IMG/VR virus record: IMGVR_UViG_3300037418_000264
Location: 4,297 to 68,296 of that record
Length of the DNA: 64,000 bases
From: a virus
Direction: 5' to 3' (one strand)
Shown here: positions 16,886 through 25,807 of the stretch, piece by piece
Numbering within the stretch: the stretch's first letter is position 1
Layout: each line of letters opens with the position of its first letter
The notes under the pieces: generated by a model
Told to the model about the DNA's origin: nothing
The model's database searches: none
What the model saw: only the letters and a program-made list of their open reading frames with translations
Made by a program: the position numbers and the translations under genes

Positions 16886-18483
16886 GTAAATTTGCAGAGA
16901 CGGGTCTTCCCTGTCCTTGCGGAGCGTCGTCAGATGCCTATTCGATAGATCATGATGGTGACGGTTTTTGTTTCGGACAGTGTGGGGGCAGATATTTTAA
17001 GAATAAAGAGGAAGATGAGATAATTTTGTCAGAAGAAGAAGTCCTTGAAAAGGAACTGACGCCGAAGGGCAAAGAGACATATGGTTTTCAAGAAAATTAT
17101 CGTGGGATATACAAACGGACACAAGAGTTTTACGGTGTTCACACAAAGTTCATCGACGGCACTCCTTTCTCACTGGCGTATGTTTACCCCAACGAGTCGC
17201 TTAAAGTACGTATTCTACCCAAGAAATTTTATGCCACTGGTCCTATAGGTGAAGCCCACCTTTTTGGTGAAAACCTATTCTCTCCGGGTTCGTATGACTC
17301 TGTGACCATCGTAGAGGGCGAAGACGACGCCCTGAGCGCGTTCCAGATGCTTTGGAGCAGGAATGCTGTCGTCTCGGTTAAAAACGCTTCTACGGCCCTA
17401 GGAGACGTCAAAGCGCGAAGGGAGTATTTGAATGCGTTTAAGAAAATCATCCTCTGTCTGGACAACGACAAAGCAGGGCAAGAAGCGACCCGTCTTATTA
17501 CCAACTCGGGTTTATTTGACTACGAAAAAGTCTACCGTGTTACACTCAGCCGCCATAAAGACGCCCATGCTTATCTCGAAGCCGGGGAAGTCGAGGACTT
17601 TATTCGTGCATGGGATACGGCTAAACGCTATACCCCGGATGCAGTCATCAACTCTTTCGAAGATATTGAAGAGGCTCTTAAAGCAAAGAGCGATGGACCG
17701 ATAGGCTCATGGCCGTTTGCCGAACTAAATGACTGCCTCATAGGTCTCCACAAGTCTGAATTTATCCTGATCAAGGGATTAGAGAAGATCGGTAAGACGG
17801 AGGTCTGTCGTGCTATTGTTCATGAGTTTCTGCGTAATAGTCCTGACATCAACATTGCGACTATTTTCCTTGAAGAGTCTACAAGTACCACTATCAAAGG
17901 GGTTGCGACCTATGAACTCGAAACACCATGTGCCCTTCAACAATCCGGGGTGTCCGACGAAGATATCCTTAATGGATACAAGAAAGCACTCGGGGGTAAC
18001 TCGTCCAGACTGTACATCCACACGCACTTCTCGACAGAGGACGAGGGAGAGTTAATTGACAACATTCGTTTCTTGGTTACTGTGGCTGGCTGTAAACTTG
18101 TCCTTCTGGATAATCTTACCATGCTCACTACGGGCAGAGAAGACGAGGACGAACGACTTAGGATTGATCGAATTATCCATCGTCTCCGTGATCTTGTTAA
18201 CGAGCTTGATTTCTGTCTTGTTCTCGTTGCCCACGTTAACGACAACGGTCAGACACGCGGTTCTCGGTTGCCTGACAAGTTGGCTAACACGATAGTCCAT
18301 CTAGAACGTAATAAGATGGCTGCCAATGTCCAAGAACGTAATTCTCTGAAGTTCTTTATCGAGGGTGCCCGTGCACAAGGGACTAAGACTGGTCCTGCTG
18401 GTTTTGCATTCTTTGATCCTATTACCTTCAAACTCCGTGATGTTAAACCCGAAGACGAGATTATTCTTCCAGAGGTAGACTGA
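16882..18483 (+). CDS. T7 gp4-like primase-helicase
   Basis: N-terminal zinc finger (CPC..SSDA...C...C), TOPRIM motifs VEGEDDA and LDNDKAG, Walker A GLEKIGKT, LLDNL, AH and RGS. Confidence 0.92.
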   Translation: MSKFAETGLPCPCGASSDAYSIDHDGDGFCFGQCGGRYFKNKEEDEIILSEEEVLEKELTPKGKETYGFQENYRGIYKRTQEFYGVHTKFIDGTPFSLAYVYPNESLKVRILPKKFYATGPIGEAHLFGENLFSPGSYDSVTIVEGEDDALSAFQMLWSRNAVVSVKNASTALGDVKARREYLNAFKKIILCLDNDKAGQEATRLITNSGLFDYEKVYRVTLSRHKDAHAYLEAGEVEDFIRAWDTAKRYTPDAVINSFEDIEEALKAKSDGPIGSWPFAELNDCLIGLHKSEFILIKGLEKIGKTEVCRAIVHEFLRNSPDINIATIFLEESTSTTIKGVATYELETPCALQQSGVSDEDILNGYKKALGGNSSRLYIHTHFSTEDEGELIDNIRFLVTVAGCKLVLLDNLTMLTTGREDEDERLRIDRIIHRLRDLVNELDFCLVLVAHVNDNGQTRGSRLPDKLANTIVHLERNKMAANVQERNSLKFFIEGARAQGTKTGPAGFAFFDPITFKLRDVKPEDEIILPEVD

Positions 18484-18731
18484 TGTCTTTCTATACTAAC
18501 CATTCCAACGGCCTTCCTATTAAAGAGGGTGATTTAGTAGAAAGAATTGATAAGGGTGTTTTGTCTCCTATAGGTTTTAGGACAAGAGTTTATTCCGCTC
18601 ATAACAGATTTAGCATAACCCATCACACAGGTCTCGAAGACATGTATATTGCAGACTACTGGAACTTTATTAGTAGGTACGAGAGGGAAAAATCCCGATT
18701 TGGTAAGTTCTTGGAGAAACACCAACTATGA
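18483..18731 (+). CDS. GF[AG]K[FW]-tail family protein 9
   Basis: IKEGDLV; C-terminus REKSRFGKFLEKHQL. Confidence 0.7.
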   Translation: MSFYTNHSNGLPIKEGDLVERIDKGVLSPIGFRTRVYSAHNRFSITHHTGLEDMYIADYWNFISRYEREKSRFGKFLEKHQL

Positions 18732-18737
18732 AAGTCA

Positions 18738-19004
18738 TTGGTGACTGATATGATCTATCGCGATGGTCAAGAAGTACGGAATGGTGACACGTGGAGAACG
18801 TATGCCAATGAACAGTATACGTACACGGCGATTGATGAGGGGTTTAGGTTTGTATGGCGGTGTATCCAAGTGCCGACGTCTTATGGAACTATGGAACCCT
18901 CTGCGTGTTCTAATGCCTATATTTTAATTCGTCGTAAAGAGTCCCCAAAGTCTGGTTTCGGTAAGTTTATTAAACGTATTGAAGGTTCAAATGCCAAAAT
19001 TTGA
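18738..19004 (+). CDS. GF[AG]K[FW]-tail family protein 10
   Basis: VRNGDTW; C-terminus SPKSGFGKFIKRIEGSNAKI. Confidence 0.72.
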   Translation: MVTDMIYRDGQEVRNGDTWRTYANEQYTYTAIDEGFRFVWRCIQVPTSYGTMEPSACSNAYILIRRKESPKSGFGKFIKRIEGSNAKI

Positions 19005-19317
19005 AGTAGGTGATCGCGTACGCATCGTGGCGTCTTATGAAAGTTCATCAAACGATGAAGGCACGGTTACTTCAATTGAGTATTGGGCCGAGGACGATGA
19101 TGTCTCCGAATACGTAGTTACTTATGACGTCCCTCGTAATAATCCTTATTGGGCACCACAGGACTCGGACGAAGAGATAATCTCTGACTGGACAGAACCA
19201 CAATACCACTACGAAGGTTATTATACCGACGGTGAGCTCGAACTAATAAGTCGTCAGAGAGTGGCCCGTAAAAAGACGGGTTTCAGTGCATGGATTAGAA
19301 AACAAGAAAATGGTTGA
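18991..19317 (+). CDS. GF[AG]K[FW]-tail family protein 11
   Basis: MPKFEVGDRV; C-terminus RKKTGFSAWIRKQENG. Confidence 0.75.
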   Translation: MPKFEVGDRVRIVASYESSSNDEGTVTSIEYWAEDDDVSEYVVTYDVPRNNPYWAPQDSDEEIISDWTEPQYHYEGYYTDGELELISRQRVARKKTGFSAWIRKQENG

Positions 19318-19585
19318 CCTTTACCAATCAATAGGAAAAAGGGTTTATTTAATTAACTCTTATAGTGGTGTCGCAGATAAAGTACCCGGCATTCTTGTCG
19401 AAGCAACTGTTTTCCGGGCAGATGAGCATACTCCCGGATTACATGATGGTGGTGGTCGAGGCCCTAAAGGTTACTATTGGTTTGTCACATCTGACATGAT
19501 CATTCTAAGAGAGTCTTTGGTCAGAAAAACTACGGGCTTTGCTAAGTTCATTAAGCGCATCGAACAAAAACAGTTAAATGTTTGA
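19310..19585 (+). CDS. GF[AG]K[FW]-tail family protein 12
   Basis: SIGKRV; C-terminus RKTTGFAKFIKRIEQKQLNV. Confidence 0.75.
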   Translation: MVDLYQSIGKRVYLINSYSGVADKVPGILVEATVFRADEHTPGLHDGGGRGPKGYYWFVTSDMIILRESLVRKTTGFAKFIKRIEQKQLNV

Positions 19586-19610
19586 CACACCTCGTTTTTC
19601 GTGTTACAAT
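19582..19610 (+). promoter_or_regulatory. sigma70 promoter upstream of the DNA polymerase operon
   Basis: TTGACA (19582-19587), 17 bp, TACAAT (19605-19610), with an extended -10 TG. Confidence 0.7.
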
Positions 19611-19632
19611 ATATATGTAGACTGGAAAAAGT

Positions 19633-19792
19633 GATGAAACACAGGACAGTGCGTCGCTCAGATCAGACTTGCGTCATTCAGTGTCGTAAATACTATCTAG
19701 GTTTTCTTCCCTATTGGGAGGACACAGGTTGGACTCATTCGGAAATGCTTGTAGCTCATAAGATTGAAAAGATACTAGAGGGTCATTCATGA
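19633..19792 (+). CDS. small hypothetical protein
   Basis: ORF between the promoter and the polymerase. Confidence 0.5.
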
Positions 19793-19807
19793 ACCGATTG
19801 GAGGGCT

Positions 19808-21691
19808 ATGGCTAAATACATATTCGACATAGAAACTGACGGCTTAAATCCGACTGTCATATGGTGTTTAATTCTAAAGGACATTGATACAAGTGAAGTC
19901 TTTATTTACGCAAGTGGTCTCGGATACCCTAGCATTTTTGAAGGTGTTCAGCGCCTTGCTGATGCTGATTATTTCGTTTTTCATAATGGTATCTGGTTTG
20001 ACTTACCAGTACTCAACCGTCTGGCAGACGCCAATCTCGATCCAACAAGAGCCATTGATACCCTAGTTTGTTCTAGATTGTTCAACTCTTGGGATTACTC
20101 CCAACACGGTCTTGAAGTATGGGGCGAGCGGTTAGGCTTTCCCAAGACACATTTCAACGACTGGTCCAAATTGACACAAGAAATGATTGACTACTGTGTC
20201 AATGATGTCGAGGTCAATTACAGACTGTGGAAACTGTTTGAACCCCTTGTCTACTCTCCTGAGTGGAAAGGTCCTCTTAGGATAGAGCATGACACGGCGA
20301 TTTACTATCGTGAAATGCATGAGAACGGATTTCCGTTTGACATAGAAAAGGCCAAGAAACTTCGTGTTGATATCGAAGTCGAACGAGAAAAACTGAATGT
20401 CATCATTCAGGAACAATTTCCTCCTAAATCGAAACTCCTAAAAGAGATTTATCCAAAGGTAACAAAAGATGGGCGCTTATCAAAGGTCAACTTTAAATGG
20501 CTTGAAGGCATACCTGAAGAGCGAGGGTTTCAACCTAACGCCCCATTTTCTCTTATTGAATGGGAAACCTTCAATCCAGCTTCTCCCTCCCAAGTCATTG
20601 AAAGAATGTGGGAATTTGGGTGGCAACCTACCGAAAAAACCAAAGGACACATAGTTGCAGAACGAGAACACGATTGGGAAAAGCTTGAAAAGTTCCAACG
20701 AACAGGATGGAAGGTCTCAGAAGAAAACCTCAATACCCTCCCACCTGATGCCCCTTCCGCAGCCCATTCGTTGGTCCGATGGCTCCTACTTAATTCCCGC
20801 GTCACTACGCTCACTACTTGGATCGAAGCGTACAGAGAGGCTACCGGCTGTATTCATGGCGAGGTTAGACACATCGGAACTTGGACCCACAGGGCAAGCC
20901 ACAAAAACCCAAACACCGGAAATATCACACGAGTTAACTTCGATGGAGACAAAAGAGTCCTTCGAGGGGAAGCTGGTGCCTTCGGTGCCGACATGCGGGA
21001 GCTTTGGACTTGTCTTCCCGGATGGAAGCTGGTCGGTTGCGATGCAGAAGGTATCCAACTAAGGGTACTCGCACACTACATGGAAGATGAAGCCTTTACG
21101 AAGGCTCTTGTCTCGGGCAGTTCCAAAGACGGAACCGATGCCCATACGATGAACATGAGGAAGTTAGGACATGTCTGTAAAAACCGAGACGTCGCGAAGA
21201 CTTTTATCTACTCATGGGTACTGGGGGCGTCTGCCACCAAAACAGCGCAAGTTCTTAATTGTAGAGTGGGAGAGGCAGTTGTCGCGCGGAAATCTTTTCT
21301 TGAAGGATATCCCGGACTCAAACGACTAAAAGAAGAAATTATCCCCGACGATGCCGCTAGAGGCTACTTCGTGGGATTTGATGGACGGAAAGTCTTCTGT
21401 GACTCCGAACATCTTATGTTGGCCGGTTATCTTCAGAATGGTGAAAACCTTATAATGAAGTACGCCGAGCGATTGTGGTACAACAAGCTTAAAGAGCTTC
21501 GCATACCATTTAAGTTGGCTAATATGGTTCATGATGAATGGCAAACACAAGTCCTCGATGAGGATGGAATGCCTGAAATTGCTGGACAGGAAATGGCCAA
21601 TTCGATTGTACAGGCGGGTATAGACCTTGGTGTCAAATGCCCGCAAGCCGGAACACCCAAGTATGGGTACAACTGGCTTCAAACGCATTAA
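19808..21691 (+). CDS. family A (T7-like) DNA polymerase with 3'-5' exonuclease
   Basis: Exo I FDIETDG, Exo II HNGIWFD, Exo III YCVNDV; motif A CDAEGIQLR, motif B AKTFIYSWVLG, motif C VHDEWQ. Confidence 0.95.
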   Translation: MAKYIFDIETDGLNPTVIWCLILKDIDTSEVFIYASGLGYPSIFEGVQRLADADYFVFHNGIWFDLPVLNRLADANLDPTRAIDTLVCSRLFNSWDYSQHGLEVWGERLGFPKTHFNDWSKLTQEMIDYCVNDVEVNYRLWKLFEPLVYSPEWKGPLRIEHDTAIYYREMHENGFPFDIEKAKKLRVDIEVEREKLNVIIQEQFPPKSKLLKEIYPKVTKDGRLSKVNFKWLEGIPEERGFQPNAPFSLIEWETFNPASPSQVIERMWEFGWQPTEKTKGHIVAEREHDWEKLEKFQRTGWKVSEENLNTLPPDAPSAAHSLVRWLLLNSRVTTLTTWIEAYREATGCIHGEVRHIGTWTHRASHKNPNTGNITRVNFDGDKRVLRGEAGAFGADMRELWTCLPGWKLVGCDAEGIQLRVLAHYMEDEAFTKALVSGSSKDGTDAHTMNMRKLGHVCKNRDVAKTFIYSWVLGASATKTAQVLNCRVGEAVVARKSFLEGYPGLKRLKEEIIPDDAARGYFVGFDGRKVFCDSEHLMLAGYLQNGENLIMKYAERLWYNKLKELRIPFKLANMVHDEWQTQVLDEDGMPEIAGQEMANSIVQAGIDLGVKCPQAGTPKYGYNWLQTH

Positions 21692-21754
21692 TAGCACAGC
21701 CAAACTCTACTTCGATTGAGCGAAGCGAGAGAGATAAAAAGGATACATAAAGTA

Positions 21755-22246
21755 TTGGCTACAATTTATCTTAAGGTAACTGGTAAGATCGAGTGGGCTC
21801 ATAAGCTCTTTATTCCAGATGAATACAACGGGGCCAAGAGGTATATTTGCTCCTTCTTCCCCGATAAAGAAAGCAAGCAGAAAATCAAGGACTCAGGTCT
21901 GAAGCTTGTATATAAGAGCAATTCTAAGAACTTCCCGGGTGAAGAATACGTTTCACCACGTCGTGATCTACAGAAACTAATCAAGGGTGAGATCGTTGAA
22001 TTCGGTCGCCCTAGGATTGTCAACAAGGACTACTCGGATATCGATCCCAATGTACGTATTGGTGCGGGTACTCAAGTAGAATTGACAATTGCTGTCTATG
22101 ATGCTGGTCGCTATAAGGGCCACCGTCTTGAGACCGTCCGTATTCTTGACCTAGTGACGTACGAGAAGGAACAGACAGAAGGCCAGAAAGAAGCCGCTAA
22201 GTCTGAGCCAACTACTAAGGTCATCAAGCCAAAGTTGCCTTTCTAA
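21755..22246 (+). CDS. single-stranded DNA-binding protein (T7 gp2.5-like OB fold, putative)
   Basis: Lies between polymerase and exonuclease; G...WA, P.IV and IG.GT.V motifs; ends PF. Confidence 0.65.
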   Translation: MATIYLKVTGKIEWAHKLFIPDEYNGAKRYICSFFPDKESKQKIKDSGLKLVYKSNSKNFPGEEYVSPRRDLQKLIKGEIVEFGRPRIVNKDYSDIDPNVRIGAGTQVELTIAVYDAGRYKGHRLETVRILDLVTYEKEQTEGQKEAAKSEPTTKVIKPKLPF

Positions 22247-23119
22247 TTGAAGACAATTGACAGCCTGATCGAAGATATTCACAAGGTGCTTATGGAGGGG
22301 GTTGAAGAAATCCCTTCCGAAGTTCTCGATGCTTTCTCTAGTTCAATCGCAGATATCGTAAAGACGAGACTGACGAAACCTAGAGAGCACGAACCCGCCC
22401 TGCGTTTTAGTAACATGGGCTCACCTTGTGAACGCAAACTGTGGTACGCCATAAACCGTGCCGACGAGGGAGGAGAGTTGTCCCCCGATACCAAATTGAA
22501 GTTCATGTTCGGAGACGTAGTTGAACAACTTCTTATTCTTCTTGCCAAGGTTTCTGGCCATCGTGTGGAAGGCCAACAGACCGAGTTTGATTTTCATGGA
22601 ATTAAAGGACATCGTGACCTTGTACTTGATGGAGTTGTCACAGACTGTAAGTCGGCTTCGTCATTTTCTTACAAGAAGTTTAAAGAACATACTCTGAAGG
22701 ATGACGATGCCTTCGGTTACATTCCCCAACTCATGGGATACTTAGAGGCCTCCCAAGATGATCCTATTGTTACTGATAAGTCTAGGGCTGCTTTTCTGGC
22801 CTTTGATAAGTCTCTTGGTCATATTTGTCTTGACTTCCATACCCGCCCTGATTGGGATTGGGAACACATTATCGAGTACAAGAAAAGCATCGTCAATGCC
22901 GAGAGTCCACCGGGTAGAGGTTTCGAACCCGAAGATTTCGGGAAGTCTGGTAATAAGAAACTCGGATCGTTCTGTTCTTATTGTTCATTCAAGGAACTTT
23001 GTTACCCCGAGTTGAGGACGTTCATCTACTCTACTGGTCCTGTCTACATGACGGAGACTGTCGTTACTCCTGCTGTCTACGAGAAAGTAAAGAATGCCAC
23101 AGACACCGGAGGAACGTAA
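22247..23119 (+). CDS. Cas4-like PD-(D/E)XK exonuclease
   Basis: RFSNMG.PC.R.LWY, GHRD...D.KSAS, Q...Y and C-terminal CSYC...C (1+3 Cys). Confidence 0.85.
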   Translation: MKTIDSLIEDIHKVLMEGVEEIPSEVLDAFSSSIADIVKTRLTKPREHEPALRFSNMGSPCERKLWYAINRADEGGELSPDTKLKFMFGDVVEQLLILLAKVSGHRVEGQQTEFDFHGIKGHRDLVLDGVVTDCKSASSFSYKKFKEHTLKDDDAFGYIPQLMGYLEASQDDPIVTDKSRAAFLAFDKSLGHICLDFHTRPDWDWEHIIEYKKSIVNAESPPGRGFEPEDFGKSGNKKLGSFCSYCSFKELCYPELRTFIYSTGPVYMTETVVTPAVYEKVKNATDTGGT

Positions 23120-23435
23120 AGAGAAAGCCCGATGGTATCGGATCAAGAAAACCTACGGAATAGACAAGGAACAATACGATGCTATCCGAACTGATCGGTG
23201 TCCTATTTGCCTTCGTGAGTTTAGCGATAGTGTTAGGCCCGTCATTGATCATAACCACAAAACTGGAGAAATCAGGGGCATCATTTGTGCTTACTGCAAT
23301 TTCCGGGTTGTCGGTCGGCATACTGATGGTGACCTTTTACTTCGAGTTGTTGATCACCTTAGACGCTCTACTGGCTGGATAGTTCCTCCGAAGCCCAAAA
23401 GGCGGAAACGCCGTACGAAGCGAAAAGCTTCTTAA
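23094..23435 (+). CDS. endonuclease VII family (Holliday junction resolvase-like)
   Basis: YGI...Y, CPIC, DHNHKTGEIRGIICAYCN. Confidence 0.88.
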   Translation: MPQTPEERKEKARWYRIKKTYGIDKEQYDAIRTDRCPICLREFSDSVRPVIDHNHKTGEIRGIICAYCNFRVVGRHTDGDLLLRVVDHLRRSTGWIVPPKPKRRKRRTKRKAS

Positions 23436-23457
23436 GAAAAGAAAAACAAAAAAGAAA

Positions 23458-23724
23458 ATGAAGACATACAAAGTCTATTTTAGGGATACTCCCTTTTCAA
23501 TCAATAAGCACAGGATTGTTTCATCTAATTCTTCATACTCTATCGACGAACAGGGTAATCTCCGTGTTGGTGAGAACATCTATAAGTCAGATATCTGGTC
23601 TGATGTAGAGTTTATGTACGATAATAGTGTTGGTGGTCCAGTAGGATATGCTCTAGGAGCAGAAGCGGCACCTGACTACTATTACGATAGCCCTAATGTA
23701 CAAGGGGTTTATTCGAATGGGTAA
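23458..23724 (+). CDS. hypothetical protein
   Basis: ORF in operon. Confidence 0.6.
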   Translation: MKTYKVYFRDTPFSINKHRIVSSNSSYSIDEQGNLRVGENIYKSDIWSDVEFMYDNSVGGPVGYALGAEAAPDYYYDSPNVQGVYSNG

Positions 23725-24478
23725 GACATATGTCGTTTTACCTGATCAGCACGCAGTAGAGTATCATAATAATGACCGAGCTATTTGGGCTGGTAAGCTT
23801 ATTGCTGAGATTAAGCCTGATGTGGTTGTCAATATGGGTGACGCGGCAGATATGCCATCCCTTTCTTCATATGACAAGGGAACTCGTCGATTTGTCGGTA
23901 AGAGTTATAAGGGTGACGTAGATGCTCACCTAGACTTCCAAGAGAAGCTTTGGGAGCCTGTCTATCGCCAGAAGAAGAGAATGCCATATCGTGTTGTCCT
24001 CGAAGGGAACCATGAACACCGTGTTGAAAAAGCCCTTGACCTTTCTCCGGAACTTATCGGAACTGTTGGTTTTAATGACTTTCGGTTTAATGACTATTAT
24101 GATGATGTCATACGTTACGACGGTGGTAATCCGGGGATTGTTGAACTAGATGGTATTCTTTTTGCCCATTATTTTATATCTGGCGTTTCTGGACGGCCTA
24201 CAGGCGGAGAACATCCCGCCCATATGCTCTTGGCAAAAACCAAGCAGTCCTCGATTGCGGCACACTCCCACCTACTAGACGTCTGTTTTCAGACAACGCA
24301 GGCAGGAAAGCCGTGGAACGGCGCTATCGTCGGATGTTTCCAAGACTACGACAACGATTGGGCTGGTAACACTGCCCGCCTTTGGAAGCGCGGTATTGTC
24401 GTTCTTCGGAATGTCGATGCTGGTAATTTTGATTTCCAATGGATTAGTATCGAAGAACTGAAACGGGAATACGAGTGA
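23717..24478 (+). CDS. calcineurin-like metallophosphoesterase
   Basis: PDQH, MGDAAD, GNHE and AHSH motifs. Confidence 0.88.
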   Translation: MGKTYVVLPDQHAVEYHNNDRAIWAGKLIAEIKPDVVVNMGDAADMPSLSSYDKGTRRFVGKSYKGDVDAHLDFQEKLWEPVYRQKKRMPYRVVLEGNHEHRVEKALDLSPELIGTVGFNDFRFNDYYDDVIRYDGGNPGIVELDGILFAHYFISGVSGRPTGGEHPAHMLLAKTKQSSIAAHSHLLDVCFQTTQAGKPWNGAIVGCFQDYDNDWAGNTARLWKRGIVVLRNVDAGNFDFQWISIEELKREYE

Positions 24479-24641
24479 CATCTGAGAAATATAGAGAAAT
24501 CATGACTGAGGCTCGTCACAGGATGTTTAAATGGGCCGTGGCCCAAGATCATACCGACGAAATTTACCCACGGGATCAAGATGATATTACTTGGTGGGTA
24601 GCTGAAGTTGCAATCGAATATGGTGAATGGAAGAATTGGTA

Positions 24642-25151
24642 ATGTCAAGAGAAATCTGGGTTATTTCCGATACACATTTTGGACATACCAATATCATTAA
24701 GTACTGTAATCGTCCCTTCGAGAGTGTTCGGCAGATGGACGACGCCATGATCCAAAACTGGAACTCCGTAGTCAAACCGGGTGATAAAGTCTATCACCTA
24801 GGGGACGTCTATATGGGTGACGGTGAGGGGATGTCCAAAATCTTTCCTAAGTTGAACGGAAGGAAGCGTCTTATTCTTGGAAATCATGACGACCTAAAAC
24901 GTCCTATGGGATCGATCAAATTGGGTGATGTCTTTGAGAAGATTTATCTCTTCCGTTGCTTCAAAGAACTCGGCCTGATGCTTACCCATGTTCCTGTCCA
25001 CCCCGAGAGTATCATTAGGGCAGGAGAAGGTGCTATCAATGTTCACGGACATATTCATGACAACCCTTCACCAGAAGGTCCTTACAAATGTGTTTGTGTC
25101 GAGCAGATTAACTATACACCAATCAATATTGAGGAACTACGAGTCAACTAA
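24642..25151 (+). CDS. calcineurin-like metallophosphoesterase (second, shorter type)
   Basis: SDTHFGH, HLGD, GNHD, THVP and HGHIH motifs. Confidence 0.9.
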   Translation: MSREIWVISDTHFGHTNIIKYCNRPFESVRQMDDAMIQNWNSVVKPGDKVYHLGDVYMGDGEGMSKIFPKLNGRKRLILGNHDDLKRPMGSIKLGDVFEKIYLFRCFKELGLMLTHVPVHPESIIRAGEGAINVHGHIHDNPSPEGPYKCVCVEQINYTPINIEELRVN

Positions 25152-25351
25152 TGGCAAAGCCAAACAGTACCGCATCGCAGTCGCGAAGCGACAAGAAGGC
25201 CCCTCTGGGCCAAGGTGGGCGCTTCGCAGCCCTAGAGAAGAAGGTCTCGAAAGAGAAGGGGGTTACCGATCCCGGTGCCCTAGCCGCAAGTATCGGACGT
25301 AGAAAGTACGGTGCAAAGAAGTTCAACTCATTGGCGAAGAACGGTAAATGA
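25151..25351 (+). CDS. small basic protein
   Basis: TAATG overlap; LGQGGRFAAL...PGALAASIGRRKYG. Confidence 0.65.
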   Translation: MAKPNSTASQSRSDKKAPLGQGGRFAALEKKVSKEKGVTDPGALAASIGRRKYGAKKFNSLAKNGK

Positions 25352-25622
25352 GCTTCTTACCTATATTCATAGCGGTTAACCAAATGAACCAAGCCAACCG
25401 TCGCCGTCGGGAAGAAGAAATAAGGCAGAAGAATTCACAGAAAAAGAATGGAAAGTAAATGGTTGGATTTGTTCCACCACCAATTATGCCTCCACCTACT
25501 AGCCCCTATTGGTATCTACATATAAAAAATGTCAAGCCCGGAAGAAAAACAGAAACACGAACGCCGTCGTCAATACGAGAAGAAGGACAAGGCCGAGTAC
25601 AAGAAAAAGAAAGAGAAGATTG

Positions 25623-25802
25623 ATGAGTGAGATTGATAACGAGATTGCGGATTTTGTCCGTTCAGAATTGAATGATGGTATTTCCTTTGAGGAATTCCTA
25701 GAGGCATACGATTTGACACCAGAGAATGTATTCGTACATCTGTTCAATACAGGTATGATTGACGAAGAAGTCCTTAAAGAACACCTACTTGATTTTGAGT
25801 AA
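25623..25802 (+). CDS. small acidic hypothetical protein
   Basis: MSEIDNE... helical acidic ORF. Confidence 0.55.
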   Translation: MSEIDNEIADFVRSELNDGISFEEFLEAYDLTPENVFVHLFNTGMIDEEVLKEHLLDFE

Positions 25803-25807
25803 ACCTG

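Noticed and set aside
22247-23119. Cas4-like gene as a sign of a CRISPR system
   Set aside because: No repeat-spacer array or other cas genes were seen; it occupies the usual exonuclease position in a phage replication module.
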